A program made the position numbers and the translations under genes. Shown here piece by piece: positions 23,886 through 34,214 of a DNA stretch of 64,000 nucleotides. Every line of letters starts with the position of its first letter. The first letter of the stretch is position 1. The DNA lies in IMG/VR virus record IMGVR_UViG_3300032334_002567, positions 310,001 to 374,000 of that record; one strand, written 5' to 3'. The notes beneath the pieces are model-generated. The model worked only from the letters and a program-made list of their open reading frames with translations. It had not been told where the DNA came from and ran no database searches.

Positions 23886-24830
23886 TTATTGCCAAGTAGG
23901 CATTAATATCTGCTTCTTTATCTTTTCTTTGTCAGTTACTTTTTGTTTAGTTTCTTTGTCGTTTATCGGTATTTCTTGAACAAATAAACTTCCAAAAAGT
24001 AAGTCTCCTAACATGCTATTATCAGGTAATGCCTTATAATAAGGTTGCTGTCCTCCGCCTTTGTGGTTGAGAGCAAATGCTTTTAAAAACTGTGCTATTG
24101 ATACGTTTTCTTTATCTTTTAAAGCGTCGTATGTAGTCTTGAATCTTAAAGCAAAAACGCCTCTAGTAGATAGCATTTCAGCACTAGAAGAACTAATAAT
24201 TAATGCTTCTTCATACGCCCCACTATCCTCTCCGTAGTCTATAGATTCATCTTTTCTAATATCAAATATGCCTATGAAAGGAAAGATAATTCTATTGTTT
24301 TTACTTGGTAGCTCTGGGAGGAATGCGATCCCTTTCTCAATCTCTAGATTTCTTAACAATTCCCCATTCTCTTTAAATCCTTCTTGTATTCCACCTTGGG
24401 CATGACAAGTATCAATTAGCACTATCAACCTTTTAACTTTTTTGGATTTAGCTATCGATTCTAGTGCTTTGCTGAATTTAAAACTACCGCCTCTTGCTTG
24501 CATACCAAAATTATTTCTACTACCGCCTCCATGACCATTTAAATATAATAAAAGTGTAGATCTATCTGTTATTTTTTTTGATGTTTCTGTAATTGTTGAG
24601 TATATTTGCTGGGAAGAAACATTATGATGCCGTTCCGATTTAAAACCAAGTTTCTTATCTTTAAATACAGATTCCATTAAGTCTAAATTCTTTGTTCTTC
24701 CCCCTTCATCTGACATGGTGAAGAGCAGAGCTATGTTATTTTCAAGAGGATCGTACGCCATACCGGTTTCAACCTCTTGTCCATAACAAGTAGATGTAAA
24801 AAGTAACAACAGTATTAAAATATTTTTCAT
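23886..24830 (-). CDS. Exported caspase-like (clan CD) cysteine peptidase
   Basis: Signal peptide; LYLNGHG and LIDTCH dyad. Confidence 0.75.
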   Translation of the reverse strand: MKNILILLLLFTSTCYGQEVETGMAYDPLENNIALLFTMSDEGGRTKNLDLMESVFKDKKLGFKSERHHNVSSQQIYSTITETSKKITDRSTLLLYLNGHGGGSRNNFGMQARGGSFKFSKALESIAKSKKVKRLIVLIDTCHAQGGIQEGFKENGELLRNLEIEKGIAFLPELPSKNNRIIFPFIGIFDIRKDESIDYGEDSGAYEEALIISSSSAEMLSTRGVFALRFKTTYDALKDKENVSIAQFLKAFALNHKGGGQQPYYKALPDNSMLGDLLFGSLFVQEIPINDKETKQKVTDKEKIKKQILMPTWQ

Positions 24831-25879
24831 ATTATTGGTGTTTGGAAGGATGGCCCCGAATATAAAGAGCCATTGTAGCCGGGAATTTGTTTTATTTTTT
24901 CTTCATATTTGTCTAGATGATTCATCGACTGTTTTTTATCTATCAATTCTTTTATATAGTTAAGATTATGTGTAACTATTTGAGGAAAATTAGTAGGTGA
25001 TTGCAGGTTCTCAAGCGGTATGTTTCTGCTTCTAATTATCCTAAAACTTCTTGGTCTGAATTTATTAACTGCGTTTAACTCTTCATGCAGAGTGTATAAA
25101 TCCACTAAAATATGCATATCTTCTGATATTGGATTTCTTTTAAATGTTATTTTTTCAACAACTGCGAGGTCTCTTCCGTTTATCACAAATTTTCCAATTA
25201 TATTTTGTTCGGGGAAAATTTTTCTAATTTTTAAGAGTTGTTTTCTTAGCTCTTGTTTCTCAAATCTAGCTTCTTCTATATCTTGCTTGTGATATTCTTT
25301 TCTTTGTTCGATGTATTCTTTTAAGTGGTCATTTTTTGCTAGTTTAAGTAATCTTTCAATAAAAGGTTTCCTTAAATACACTCTGGTGTTTGATATATGA
25401 CTTTTTTCTGGCTCATTCTGTACGATTTCCATATCGGTTAGTTTTGATATGAAAGTGTGGTATACTAGTAGCATATCTTTCTCATAAGGGGAAAAAGATA
25501 TGCCATCTACACGTTTGGTGTCAATCAATTTCTTAATACCAAACATAATTTTTTCATATATCGCATTAGATTGAGAGTTACTTCTTGTTGCACTGTAGGT
25601 GTTATCTTTTAAGAAGTCGATTTGATATATATTTTCTAAAATACTATTAGGATCTTCTATCCCACTATCCATCATTGCATCCTCAAGACCTCCAGCTATT
25701 GTGCTACCTTTTTGCATCTTTACAACATATTTTGATTTTGAAACATCATCTATGAATTCATATTCATATCCTTCTTTGTTTCCAAAATATGTAGGAATTA
25801 ACTCGATGTGACTAGTATCTGCGTTTACTAAATCTCTTATTTCAAAAATATAGAAAAATTCTTTAAAATTCATATACAA
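24827..25879 (-). CDS. Hypothetical protein
   Basis: 350-aa ORF; MNFKEF start. Confidence 0.75.
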   Translation of the reverse strand: MYMNFKEFFYIFEIRDLVNADTSHIELIPTYFGNKEGYEYEFIDDVSKSKYVVKMQKGSTIAGGLEDAMMDSGIEDPNSILENIYQIDFLKDNTYSATRSNSQSNAIYEKIMFGIKKLIDTKRVDGISFSPYEKDMLLVYHTFISKLTDMEIVQNEPEKSHISNTRVYLRKPFIERLLKLAKNDHLKEYIEQRKEYHKQDIEEARFEKQELRKQLLKIRKIFPEQNIIGKFVINGRDLAVVEKITFKRNPISEDMHILVDLYTLHEELNAVNKFRPRSFRIIRSRNIPLENLQSPTNFPQIVTHNLNYIKELIDKKQSMNHLDKYEEKIKQIPGYNGSLYSGPSFQTPII

Positions 25880-25925
25880 GCTTAAGCAAAGGTAATATGC
25901 TTATATAGAAATGTTTAAACTTATT

Positions 25926-26546
25926 TTAAATTAACATATCAGATATTTCTTTGTTTGTTAATACGTTGACAATCTTAATCAGTTGGTCTAAATTAAGGTC
26001 TGTTTTTAGATCAATTGAGTCGCAATAAGCTCTATGGATAGCATTTGCAGAAAATTGTTCTGGGGAATTAAGGACTACTGAAGATAAAGCTGGGAAGGCA
26101 CAATCTAATCCTTCTTCCTCTTCATCAGCTGTTTGCAATTTTGTGTGAAGATTATAGGCTGATTCTTTTGAAGTGTCTTTACCGCTTAAGTAAGACAAAG
26201 CCCAATTTTTAAACTCTTCATTTTTAACAAGGCTGTATGCACACAATATGGCCAGCGTTATTCTCTTCTCTGGTACTGGAAAATTTATATCGTGCTTTTT
26301 TATTGTTTTGACTTTAGAGCATTTACTTCTTAAACCGCCATCCAATACATCTGACAGCGTTTCAACGCTCCATAATATTTTGTCGAAAGCCGTTTCTTCA
26401 TAAAATGGATATAGATAAACAGCCTTTTCGGGAGAGTCATATATGGTAAAATAATAATTGGAATTTAACTCTTCATTTGTAACCTCTTCTCCCCATAGAA
26501 TGTCTCTTTCTGTCTTATTATCATTTTTTGTAATTAAAAAATACAT
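25926..26546 (-). CDS. Hypothetical protein
   Basis: ORF track. Confidence 0.7.
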   Translation of the reverse strand: MYFLITKNDNKTERDILWGEEVTNEELNSNYYFTIYDSPEKAVYLYPFYEETAFDKILWSVETLSDVLDGGLRSKCSKVKTIKKHDINFPVPEKRITLAILCAYSLVKNEEFKNWALSYLSGKDTSKESAYNLHTKLQTADEEEEGLDCAFPALSSVVLNSPEQFSANAIHRAYCDSIDLKTDLNLDQLIKIVNVLTNKEISDMLI

Positions 26547-26760
26547 TTATTTCCACCATTTATTAAGCATATAGTTTAGTGCTGCGTATAGGCTTGGGCC
26601 TATAAACAATAGGTCCATAAGGTCAAAATGAAAATGAGTACAGGGACACAGCCCAACTAAATGCAGGATATAGTTTATCATAGTTTTATTTTACCAAAAA
26701 ACATGATTATGTCAACAAAAAAAATGAAAAAAACGATATGTAGGATCACTAGATATTGTT

Positions 26761-27492
26761 ATGCGCTTGGCAATAATCACGCTTATGTTAACCTTTAATG
26801 TAGCTTGTGGTGGAACTATCGATCCTTCTACTCCTGATTCAAAATATGTGGAGTATGCCAAAGACTTCGAATGTATACTAAAAATATGTGGAAAAGATGA
26901 AAAAGATAGAAGTTACTGTGCTTCAGCAGTTGCTGTTGCCCCGCATTGGATCATGACCGCTGCTCATGTTGTGAAAGATGTGAAGTCAAGCTTTGTTGTA
27001 GTCAACCACAAAGTTTTTGAAGTAAAGAAAATAGTTTGCCATGATCAGTATGAAGAAAAAAACTATGGAACTTGTGATTTAGCTTTAGGCTATATTGAAG
27101 AAGATCTGGGGCTTAAGTTCTATCCAGAGATATATAAAAATCAGGATGAAGTAGGAAAGATTTGTTCTATTTCTGGTTACGGCATTACAGGTACCTTTAA
27201 TACGGGTGCAAAAAATAGTGACAACCAAAGACGAGCTGGATCTAATAAAGTCGAATCAATTGACAGAAAACTTCTAGTTTGCACTCCATCAAAAGAAAAT
27301 AGAACTTCTTTAGAATTTCTTATCGCACATGGCGATAGTGGAGGAGGCTTATTTATAGATGGAAAACTAGCGGGCATTAATTCTTGTGTAATGGCAACAG
27401 ACAAAAAGCCAGATTCAACTTATGGCGATGAGAGTGGTCACACAAGACTAAGTCTTTATAAGGATTGGATTAAAGAAGTCATGCAAAAATAA
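26761..27492 (+). CDS. Trypsin-like (S1) serine protease, possible lipoprotein
   Basis: TAAHV, DLALG and GDSGG triad motifs; VAC lipobox-like signal. Confidence 0.9.
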   Translation: MRLAIITLMLTFNVACGGTIDPSTPDSKYVEYAKDFECILKICGKDEKDRSYCASAVAVAPHWIMTAAHVVKDVKSSFVVVNHKVFEVKKIVCHDQYEEKNYGTCDLALGYIEEDLGLKFYPEIYKNQDEVGKICSISGYGITGTFNTGAKNSDNQRRAGSNKVESIDRKLLVCTPSKENRTSLEFLIAHGDSGGGLFIDGKLAGINSCVMATDKKPDSTYGDESGHTRLSLYKDWIKEVMQK

Positions 27493-27493
27493 A

Positions 27494-27937
27494 TTATACT
27501 TCCCAAGGAAATATAATCCATCCACTCTCGTAGTCTCTATCAATTTTTCTTGCTTTGTAATCTGAACAAAATCTCTGCCTAATATTGTGGAAAAGGCTGC
27601 AAGTTTTGATATCGGAAAAGTCTTTCTTTAAAGAATAAAAAACTTTTTCTAAAGTTTTTCCGCTATCACAAATGTCATCAACAACAAGCAATCTTGCATC
27701 CTTAGGTAGATCAACTATTTCTAGGGGATAAAATTCTTCTTTGCCATCTCTTAGTTGACAACTTATCACGCTTAAGGGCAAGTGCATTTTGTGACTCAAA
27801 GATACTGCTGGGACTAGTCCACCCCTTTTTATCCCAACAATAAATTGAGGCATCCACCTAGAATCATATATTTGTTTTATAATTAGTAAAATATCTTTGT
27901 CAAATTCTTCCCAAGAATAACGTATTTCTTTATTCAT
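27494..27937 (-). CDS. Type I phosphoribosyltransferase (purine salvage-like)
   Basis: GIKRGGLVPA, LLVVDDICDSGKT and WI.FPWE motifs. Confidence 0.9.
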   Translation of the reverse strand: MNKEIRYSWEEFDKDILLIIKQIYDSRWMPQFIVGIKRGGLVPAVSLSHKMHLPLSVISCQLRDGKEEFYPLEIVDLPKDARLLVVDDICDSGKTLEKVFYSLKKDFSDIKTCSLFHNIRQRFCSDYKARKIDRDYESGWIIFPWEV

Positions 27938-28284
27938 TTTATTTCCCAAGAAGCGTTTGGTCTCCTCAAGTTTTCTTTCTTTAAAGATTTACTGCAAGCT
28001 TCGGTAACGCTTGCTACTGATTTTTTTGCTTGCGACAAAGTATCTGCACTCCCCATATAGAATAGTTCTTTTGCAGAATGCAAATTTTCACAAGAATAAG
28101 GCAAGTCTATTTCTTCTTTTACCAGACCTTCCTTATTGTAGGTTTGATCTATGATTTTTGGGACATGATAACACGTAAAACACATTCTTGGGTAAAGATT
28201 GCCATCAACATAGGGCTTTGTTTTGTGGACCGTGGTGTGTATGTCCATTTTTTGATTACACAAAGAGCAGACGTCTTTTTTCAT
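27934..28284 (-). CDS. Hypothetical protein with CxxC pairs
   Basis: CSLC and CFTC motifs. Confidence 0.65.
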   Translation of the reverse strand: MKKDVCSLCNQKMDIHTTVHKTKPYVDGNLYPRMCFTCYHVPKIIDQTYNKEGLVKEEIDLPYSCENLHSAKELFYMGSADTLSQAKKSVASVTEACSKSLKKENLRRPNASWEIK

Positions 28285-29105
28285 GGACCTTTAAGGAAAA
28301 GCCTTATTCCCTTTTTATCATGAATATAGTAATTGTTCCTACCATATTCTACCCCAACTTTGCAGCGATTGAAATACACACTGTCAAAAGCCAGATTATT
28401 TGGTTCAACAAGGTGTATGTTGACATTTTTAAATTTTGGATCATCTTCCTCCCTAATGCAGGAAAAAATATCTCTAATCATAATTTCATATAGACTGATA
28501 TCCAGTGCTCTAAATGCCATGTTTAGAGCTTTAAGAAAACCTTTTGGCTTTTCCCAAGGCTCTAAAAAAGCTGGTCTGCCCATTATCACATATATTTCGT
28601 CGCAACCAGCTTCTATACATTGTTCTAAAGGGGCCAATTGCCTACTCCCCGCATCTACCCAACCATTGCGATCTTGTACCAATCCAGTAATTGCCACGCT
28701 GCCTAGAATTGCTTCTTTAAATTCTTCTTTTGTACAATGTTTGTTTGAAACGTATTGAAGTTCACCTGTTTCTATGTTCATCCTACAAACGACGCTTTCA
28801 CATAAAGGTTCATTTTCTAATGATTTTTTTACAATTTTTTCCATTGGCTTCTGATTGAATATCCCAGTAGAAAAAAGAAAATTAATATTAGGTTGAAAAA
28901 CATCGAAAATATTTGAAATGTTTTTCCACATATTCGCCAAACCTTCTGGTCCTAAATACGCATAAGAAGCCGCACATATAGAACCAGAGGAAATCCCTAT
29001 AGTAAAATCTGCATTGATTCCCTTTTTAGATAGGTCTGCTGCAATGCCAGCTTGTACAGAACCTCTAGCTCCCTCCCCGGTAAAACAAAAACCTATTTTA
29101 GTCAT
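28281..29105 (-). CDS. Patatin-like phospholipase
   Basis: GEGARG, GISSG and DAG motifs. Confidence 0.85.
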   Translation of the reverse strand: MTKIGFCFTGEGARGSVQAGIAADLSKKGINADFTIGISSGSICAASYAYLGPEGLANMWKNISNIFDVFQPNINFLFSTGIFNQKPMEKIVKKSLENEPLCESVVCRMNIETGELQYVSNKHCTKEEFKEAILGSVAITGLVQDRNGWVDAGSRQLAPLEQCIEAGCDEIYVIMGRPAFLEPWEKPKGFLKALNMAFRALDISLYEIMIRDIFSCIREEDDPKFKNVNIHLVEPNNLAFDSVYFNRCKVGVEYGRNNYYIHDKKGIRLFLKGP

Positions 29106-29976
29106 TTATATTCTTTCTTTGATTAATATATTCTTTAGCTAGATTTGAAATATAGAAAACATTTTCTGACTGATGTGAATTAGCAAGTAATTCAAACGGA
29201 TTGCCAAAAGACATAAACATTGGTGGAGTATATGAAAACATAGACTTATAAAAATTTTTACCTACACCATTTTTATAGCTTATAAAGTTGCCAGTACCTT
29301 CTGAATTAGCTGGCACAGTTAAATACTGGCCGTGTATAACCATATTACTTCTGTTTTGAAACAGAGATATACACAGAGCTACTTTAGAAGTTTCACTCCA
29401 AACCTCTTTGTTGTCAAGCATCTGTTGGAGTGCTAGTTTTTCCATATTTTCTATCATCATCGAAATAAAGCCGATATGAATATTTGAAAAACCATAGCAA
29501 CCGCTAACAGAATGCCAATTTTCTTTTAATTCTTCTTCTTTTATATTGAAAATTTCAAGAAATTCATCTCCAATATTTTCTTTTACAAAATCTAAAGTAA
29601 ACAAAGGATCTACCGAGTAAACACATTCAGGGAAGTTTGTCAAAAACACAGCTTCGCTTGGCTGTCTGTAAAGAACTGTGTCGTTCTCTAAAACAAAAAA
29701 AGATTCTTTTATAATATCATTGAATAGAGAAGAGTATAAAGAATAAAATTTGTTGAATCCTTTTACTTCTTTTGCTTCATCTATATTTTCAAAAGTGTTT
29801 ATGTTTTTAAGCTTTTTAATACCTGTGTTGTAAAGCTCTAATGATTGTGAGTCTTTTTTATTTGTTAGAGCCACTATCAATTTATCAGTGCATCCTTGGT
29901 TTTCAAAGCTTTGCACCATTAAGTCTAATTGCCATTGGTAGTAAGGCTCATTGTCTAAATATAAGAAGTATTGCAT
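29098..29976 (-). CDS. Putative glycosyltransferase (HPAT-like Y..WQ motif)
   Basis: PYYQWQLDLM..SF and F.LE.D.V motifs; weak recall. Confidence 0.45.
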   Translation of the reverse strand: MQYFLYLDNEPYYQWQLDLMVQSFENQGCTDKLIVALTNKKDSQSLELYNTGIKKLKNINTFENIDEAKEVKGFNKFYSLYSSLFNDIIKESFFVLENDTVLYRQPSEAVFLTNFPECVYSVDPLFTLDFVKENIGDEFLEIFNIKEEELKENWHSVSGCYGFSNIHIGFISMMIENMEKLALQQMLDNKEVWSETSKVALCISLFQNRSNMVIHGQYLTVPANSEGTGNFISYKNGVGKNFYKSMFSYTPPMFMSFGNPFELLANSHQSENVFYISNLAKEYINQRKNIND

Positions 29977-29994
29977 GAACTATAATAGTAAAAA

Positions 29995-30381
29995 CTATTT
30001 AACTCTAAATTTGCTACATTTATTATTATCGTTGTCATCCGTTTGTGGGAAAAAATATGATTCATATATTCTATAAACTTCACTATAGGCTACCCCCCAA
30101 GAAGCATCATGAGACATTTTTTCAAAATCTTCCCAAGAAAGCTTATCGTGCAAGTGGTTCCAAGCTCTTGCATGTGCCCACTCATGAAGCACGGTATCCA
30201 TAGCAGCAGATTCTGTCATTTCTTTGTTTATCCTGATAAAGAACTTTTTTGAAGCCAGACTACAGTCGCCATCTAAATTATTCATAGGAACCCTTTTCAC
30301 GCTCACAGGATATGCCAAAGGACAGTTTTTTTTAAGTATAGACACTAATTTCCTATAATGCTTAAAGTTTTTTTGTTTCAT
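29995..30381 (-). CDS. Zincin-like metallopeptidase
   Basis: LHEWAHA (HExxH) plus a downstream H..SW. Confidence 0.7.
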   Translation of the reverse strand: MKQKNFKHYRKLVSILKKNCPLAYPVSVKRVPMNNLDGDCSLASKKFFIRINKEMTESAAMDTVLHEWAHARAWNHLHDKLSWEDFEKMSHDASWGVAYSEVYRIYESYFFPQTDDNDNNKCSKFRVK

Positions 30382-30476
30382 TGTCCTCCGATAATTTATC
30401 AAGAAGTAACACCTTAGTATATACCCTAAGGGAGGAAACAAACGAAATTTAAGAAATCATGTAAATTGGTAAGAAT

Positions 30477-31949
30477 TTATTTCTTTAGTGAATCTATCCA
30501 TTTTTTTGTTGATAGATTTTGCTTAACATAGTCGAATTCTTTACCTTGCGGCGATCTGCCTAAAAGATCAGTATATGCTGGATTTATTGCTCTTTTTCCT
30601 TTTTCATCCGTTATATAAGGGGCTAAATCGCTTTCATCGTGGTCAATAAAACTATTAAATTCATCTTTATCTAGGTTGACCATCTTCATCCAATCCTTGA
30701 TTTTGGACTTTGTTAATCCACTATGAGCCTTTTTTATACTATAAAATTGATTTGAATCAAAATTGTTATTTTTACCCCAATTATAAAGTTTGACAAGATA
30801 TGCAATATCGTTAGCTTCTTGGCTAGTCCAACCATTCGATGTAAGAAGTTCTTTTACTTGATCTGGGGAATTATTCCTTAGAACCCAAGCGACACTCAAC
30901 CATCTGTCCCCTACAAAGTTTTCTGGCATTTCTTCTTCTGTTGAGAATTCCACACCAGGAAAAATTTGACTAAATATATCAAGTGAATGGGCCGTCTTCA
31001 TTAGTTTTCTAGGATCTACATCAGGATGCTCTAAAGTACTGATAAAATCTTTTTTCACTAATTCTTTTGGAAGACTGGCGATGCTCTTTGAATGGCTTTT
31101 TATTATCTTTGCATAATCCTTTGGCAGAGATTCTGGGTTGCCGTATCTTGCATTTGTTTTTAGAAGTCTTAGTGCAATTGCTGGGTCTTCTTTGAGTCTA
31201 TCTTCTAGTTTTTCTCCTACTACCTTTATTTGGCTGTTCTTTAGATGGGTAGCTCCACCATATGGATCTATTAGTTCACTATTATCGCCATCTGCGTTTG
31301 ATAATGGTATGTATAGAGAGTTTATAGTTAAGTCTCTATTTGACGAATCTTCTTCTATAGATGAAGCAGACTCAGCCTTATCAGGTTGTATTCTTCTGCT
31401 TTTTAGACTCTTTGACAAAGTTGCTATTTCAAACTCTTCACCATTTATTTCTACCGTTATCTCTAATTCTTTTCCCTGTTTATCCCACCTAGAAACATAG
31501 AAAGATTTCTTATTTGTAGATGTTGGTAGCTTTGCATATCTTTTTTCTTCAGGAAGATTTTTTGGTTTAACTTCTGAGAAACCTTCTTCGGATTGGTCTA
31601 ATATCATTCTTACTTCACTTATTGTAGCGTCTGTTACCAAGTCATAATTTCTTGGTGTCTTGCCTTTTAAGTGATCACGCACGGCACCACCGGTTAAATA
31701 CAAAGATTTTTTCTTTAACTGTGGCTCTATTTCGCCTTTTGATTTGTCGATAGTGGTATAGCCCAGTCCAACTTGGTTCGAGCCATTAAAAGCTTTTACA
31801 AGATATCTCAAATTAGCATGAGAGTTTTTATTGATGGCAAAAGGAGTAAACTCTTTGTCTCCTAGTTTCTTCTGAAGTTTAACCTTAGATGTAACTGATT
31901 CTGGCTCTTTGGCTTGCTCCCTGAACTGATAATACTTTGAGAATTTCAT
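30477..31949 (-). CDS. CCA-adding enzyme / poly(A) polymerase homologue with a degenerate active site
   Basis: YLTGGAVRD, NYDLVTDA, NRDLTINSLY, IDPYGG and EDP..ALR motifs. Confidence 0.85.
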   Translation of the reverse strand: MKFSKYYQFREQAKEPESVTSKVKLQKKLGDKEFTPFAINKNSHANLRYLVKAFNGSNQVGLGYTTIDKSKGEIEPQLKKKSLYLTGGAVRDHLKGKTPRNYDLVTDATISEVRMILDQSEEGFSEVKPKNLPEEKRYAKLPTSTNKKSFYVSRWDKQGKELEITVEINGEEFEIATLSKSLKSRRIQPDKAESASSIEEDSSNRDLTINSLYIPLSNADGDNSELIDPYGGATHLKNSQIKVVGEKLEDRLKEDPAIALRLLKTNARYGNPESLPKDYAKIIKSHSKSIASLPKELVKKDFISTLEHPDVDPRKLMKTAHSLDIFSQIFPGVEFSTEEEMPENFVGDRWLSVAWVLRNNSPDQVKELLTSNGWTSQEANDIAYLVKLYNWGKNNNFDSNQFYSIKKAHSGLTKSKIKDWMKMVNLDKDEFNSFIDHDESDLAPYITDEKGKRAINPAYTDLLGRSPQGKEFDYVKQNLSTKKWIDSLKK

Positions 31950-32003
31950 TTTTACCCCAATCATTATTTTAATAAAGTTATTTATGCCTTATTATAGTAT
32001 TTT

Positions 32004-32309
32004 TCACAAAGGAGGTGATTGTAGACCCAAAGCATAAAGTATATACGCTGCGATAGTCATCAGACCTATTTTCCAAATAGTATCAAAAATATTAGACCAT
32101 TTAAGATCATGACTGCCAATCCTAACGTTTATCATTTCTATCTTTATTTCAATATCTTTTATCTTTCCTTGAAATTCTTCTAACTCCTCTTCTATAACCT
32201 CCTTGTTTTCCAACAATATTTTTATTCTTTCGTCCATCCTAGAAGTTAAATCTGAGACTAATTTAAGGTTGTCCAATAACTGTGAAATGTTGGGTGTTTG
32301 TCGATTCAT
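32004..32309 (-). CDS. Coiled-coil protein with a C-terminal TM helix
   Basis: Heptad pattern and hydrophobic tail. Confidence 0.65.
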   Translation of the reverse strand: MNRQTPNISQLLDNLKLVSDLTSRMDERIKILLENKEVIEEELEEFQGKIKDIEIKIEMINVRIGSHDLKWSNIFDTIWKIGLMTIAAYILYALGLQSPPL

Positions 32310-32350
32310 TTTTTTCCATTTCTAAGTCCCTACATTCTATATATTAACAT

Positions 32351-32887
32351 ATGACAAAACCAGAAGTAGTAAAAGTTGAAGAAATAACAGAAAGTCCTAT
32401 AGAACCAATATACGAAGGACCCAGAGAAGTTGACTTAGAAATAAGCACAGAAGATATAGAGGGAATGGTGCCTCAAATGAACGTTTCTGTGCCGGATCAG
32501 CCTAAAAATGAATCTATGCTAATAACGGATGACCAATACCTAGGACTTTTAGATGAAATTTTAAGCTCAATTAGAGAAGATAGAAAACAAGTAAGTGATT
32601 ATATTGATAATTTTGCAGATATGGTTATGAATGATGGAGATGCTACTACTTCTACAAAAGAAGCACTTGTGAACTTAGTTAAAGTAAAAACCGACCTACA
32701 AGATAAAATGTTAAAAACAGCGGATTTAATGACAAGATTAAAGATGAAGAATACGTACGCATACTCAGGGCCACATTTAAATGCTATGCAACAAAATAAT
32801 TTCAATATAGGTGCGGATGCTGACTTTGGCAGGAAAGAACTTATCAAGGCAATTAATCAAGCTAAGAAAAAGAAAAAGGAACAATAA
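32351..32887 (+). CDS. Hypothetical phage protein
   Basis: First of a tightly coupled gene run. Confidence 0.75.
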   Translation: MTKPEVVKVEEITESPIEPIYEGPREVDLEISTEDIEGMVPQMNVSVPDQPKNESMLITDDQYLGLLDEILSSIREDRKQVSDYIDNFADMVMNDGDATTSTKEALVNLVKVKTDLQDKMLKTADLMTRLKMKNTYAYSGPHLNAMQQNNFNIGADADFGRKELIKAINQAKKKKKEQ

Positions 32888-34206
32888 TGTCTAAAATAGC
32901 AATTGATGAATGGTACAAAGAAGCCAGTGGTGATATAGCTGCAAATCAATCTTCTATGGGTACACCAGATGGCTCACCTATGGATGCTCCTAATGCCCAA
33001 CAAGCTCAACAACCAAGTGTAGGAGTACCACAAGACCAGCAAAATGCAAAACAAGGCACAGAGCAGAATCCAGATCAAGGATCACAACAGCCACAGATGC
33101 CAGATGTCTCACAGGATCCAGTAGCTCCTGATATGCCTGAGGAGAAACAGGATCAAAACTTTGAAGATTGGAAAAACAATTATTTCAGAGAATCAATCAA
33201 AGGCGATGTAAGTAAACTTATAGAAATGATTCAACAAGTCAGAGACACCGAACTAGACTCTTACCCCAGAAAATTTGTTGAAGACAATTTGCAAATTTGC
33301 TTTTTAAGACAACATGCCAACATTGAAAAAGCTAGCAAAGAAATAAGAAAACTAATTAGAGATAATCTCGATAGAAATAATCCAAGTGTTTCTTTAGTTA
33401 ATCACATCGATAGCACCTTGCAAACAATGCCAGAACTGAATAGTGTTTTTATAAAGCTTAAAGGACTTTTAGGTATGAAGGGCGATCTTCATAGAAAGTT
33501 TGTATCAGCTATTATAGGTGGTGTACAGGTTGGAACAGGTGGAAACAATGAAGATGTAATTTATAATGAAAGAGATTATTCTATAAGGCTTTCTACGAGA
33601 TATAACGATAAGTGGGGCAGAGTAGATATTGGAAAATGGAGTCTTAAAGAAGATGACACAGAAAGATACCTTACAGAACCTGAGCAAAGAAGATTAGAAG
33701 AAGGATCCCCAGAAGAAAAAGACGTCCTCAGAAGAAGAGTCGTTGTGGAGAGTATTTCTGACATCTTCAAGAAAAGAGGATTCGTTATAAATATTGTAGG
33801 AGAAGATGGCACCATTTATACTTTAGGCTGGGATATATCAGGTAGCCTAAAGAATGCCTATACTAGCGGCAAAATAATCGTAAAAACAATTCAAAGTGAA
33901 AACTCTGAGGCCATGATAGATGATGATGGAAAGATAACTCCTTATGTTGATGTAAAAATAAAATATACTAAAGAGACTGGGGAGGTTGACGAAGATGGAA
34001 AGCCAGTTCAAGAAGAACATGACTTCATGGAAAGAATAGATGGAATGCTTTTCTTGACAGCACAGTTTCAAATACTAAAAGAAGCTGCGTCTTCATTTAG
34101 TGGAATGGTTCTAAAAGAAATTCCATATAATGGAAACCCAAGTGACTTAAGAATAATACAAAGATGTGTTCCCTCGGCCCCAGAAATATTAATGCGTCAG
34201 TGCTAA
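32887..34206 (+). CDS. Hypothetical phage protein with a Gln/Pro-rich N-terminus
   Basis: 439-aa ORF overlapping the upstream stop. Confidence 0.8.
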   Translation: MSKIAIDEWYKEASGDIAANQSSMGTPDGSPMDAPNAQQAQQPSVGVPQDQQNAKQGTEQNPDQGSQQPQMPDVSQDPVAPDMPEEKQDQNFEDWKNNYFRESIKGDVSKLIEMIQQVRDTELDSYPRKFVEDNLQICFLRQHANIEKASKEIRKLIRDNLDRNNPSVSLVNHIDSTLQTMPELNSVFIKLKGLLGMKGDLHRKFVSAIIGGVQVGTGGNNEDVIYNERDYSIRLSTRYNDKWGRVDIGKWSLKEDDTERYLTEPEQRRLEEGSPEEKDVLRRRVVVESISDIFKKRGFVINIVGEDGTIYTLGWDISGSLKNAYTSGKIIVKTIQSENSEAMIDDDGKITPYVDVKIKYTKETGEVDEDGKPVQEEHDFMERIDGMLFLTAQFQILKEAASSFSGMVLKEIPYNGNPSDLRIIQRCVPSAPEILMRQC

Positions 34207-34214
34207 GGAGAAAA

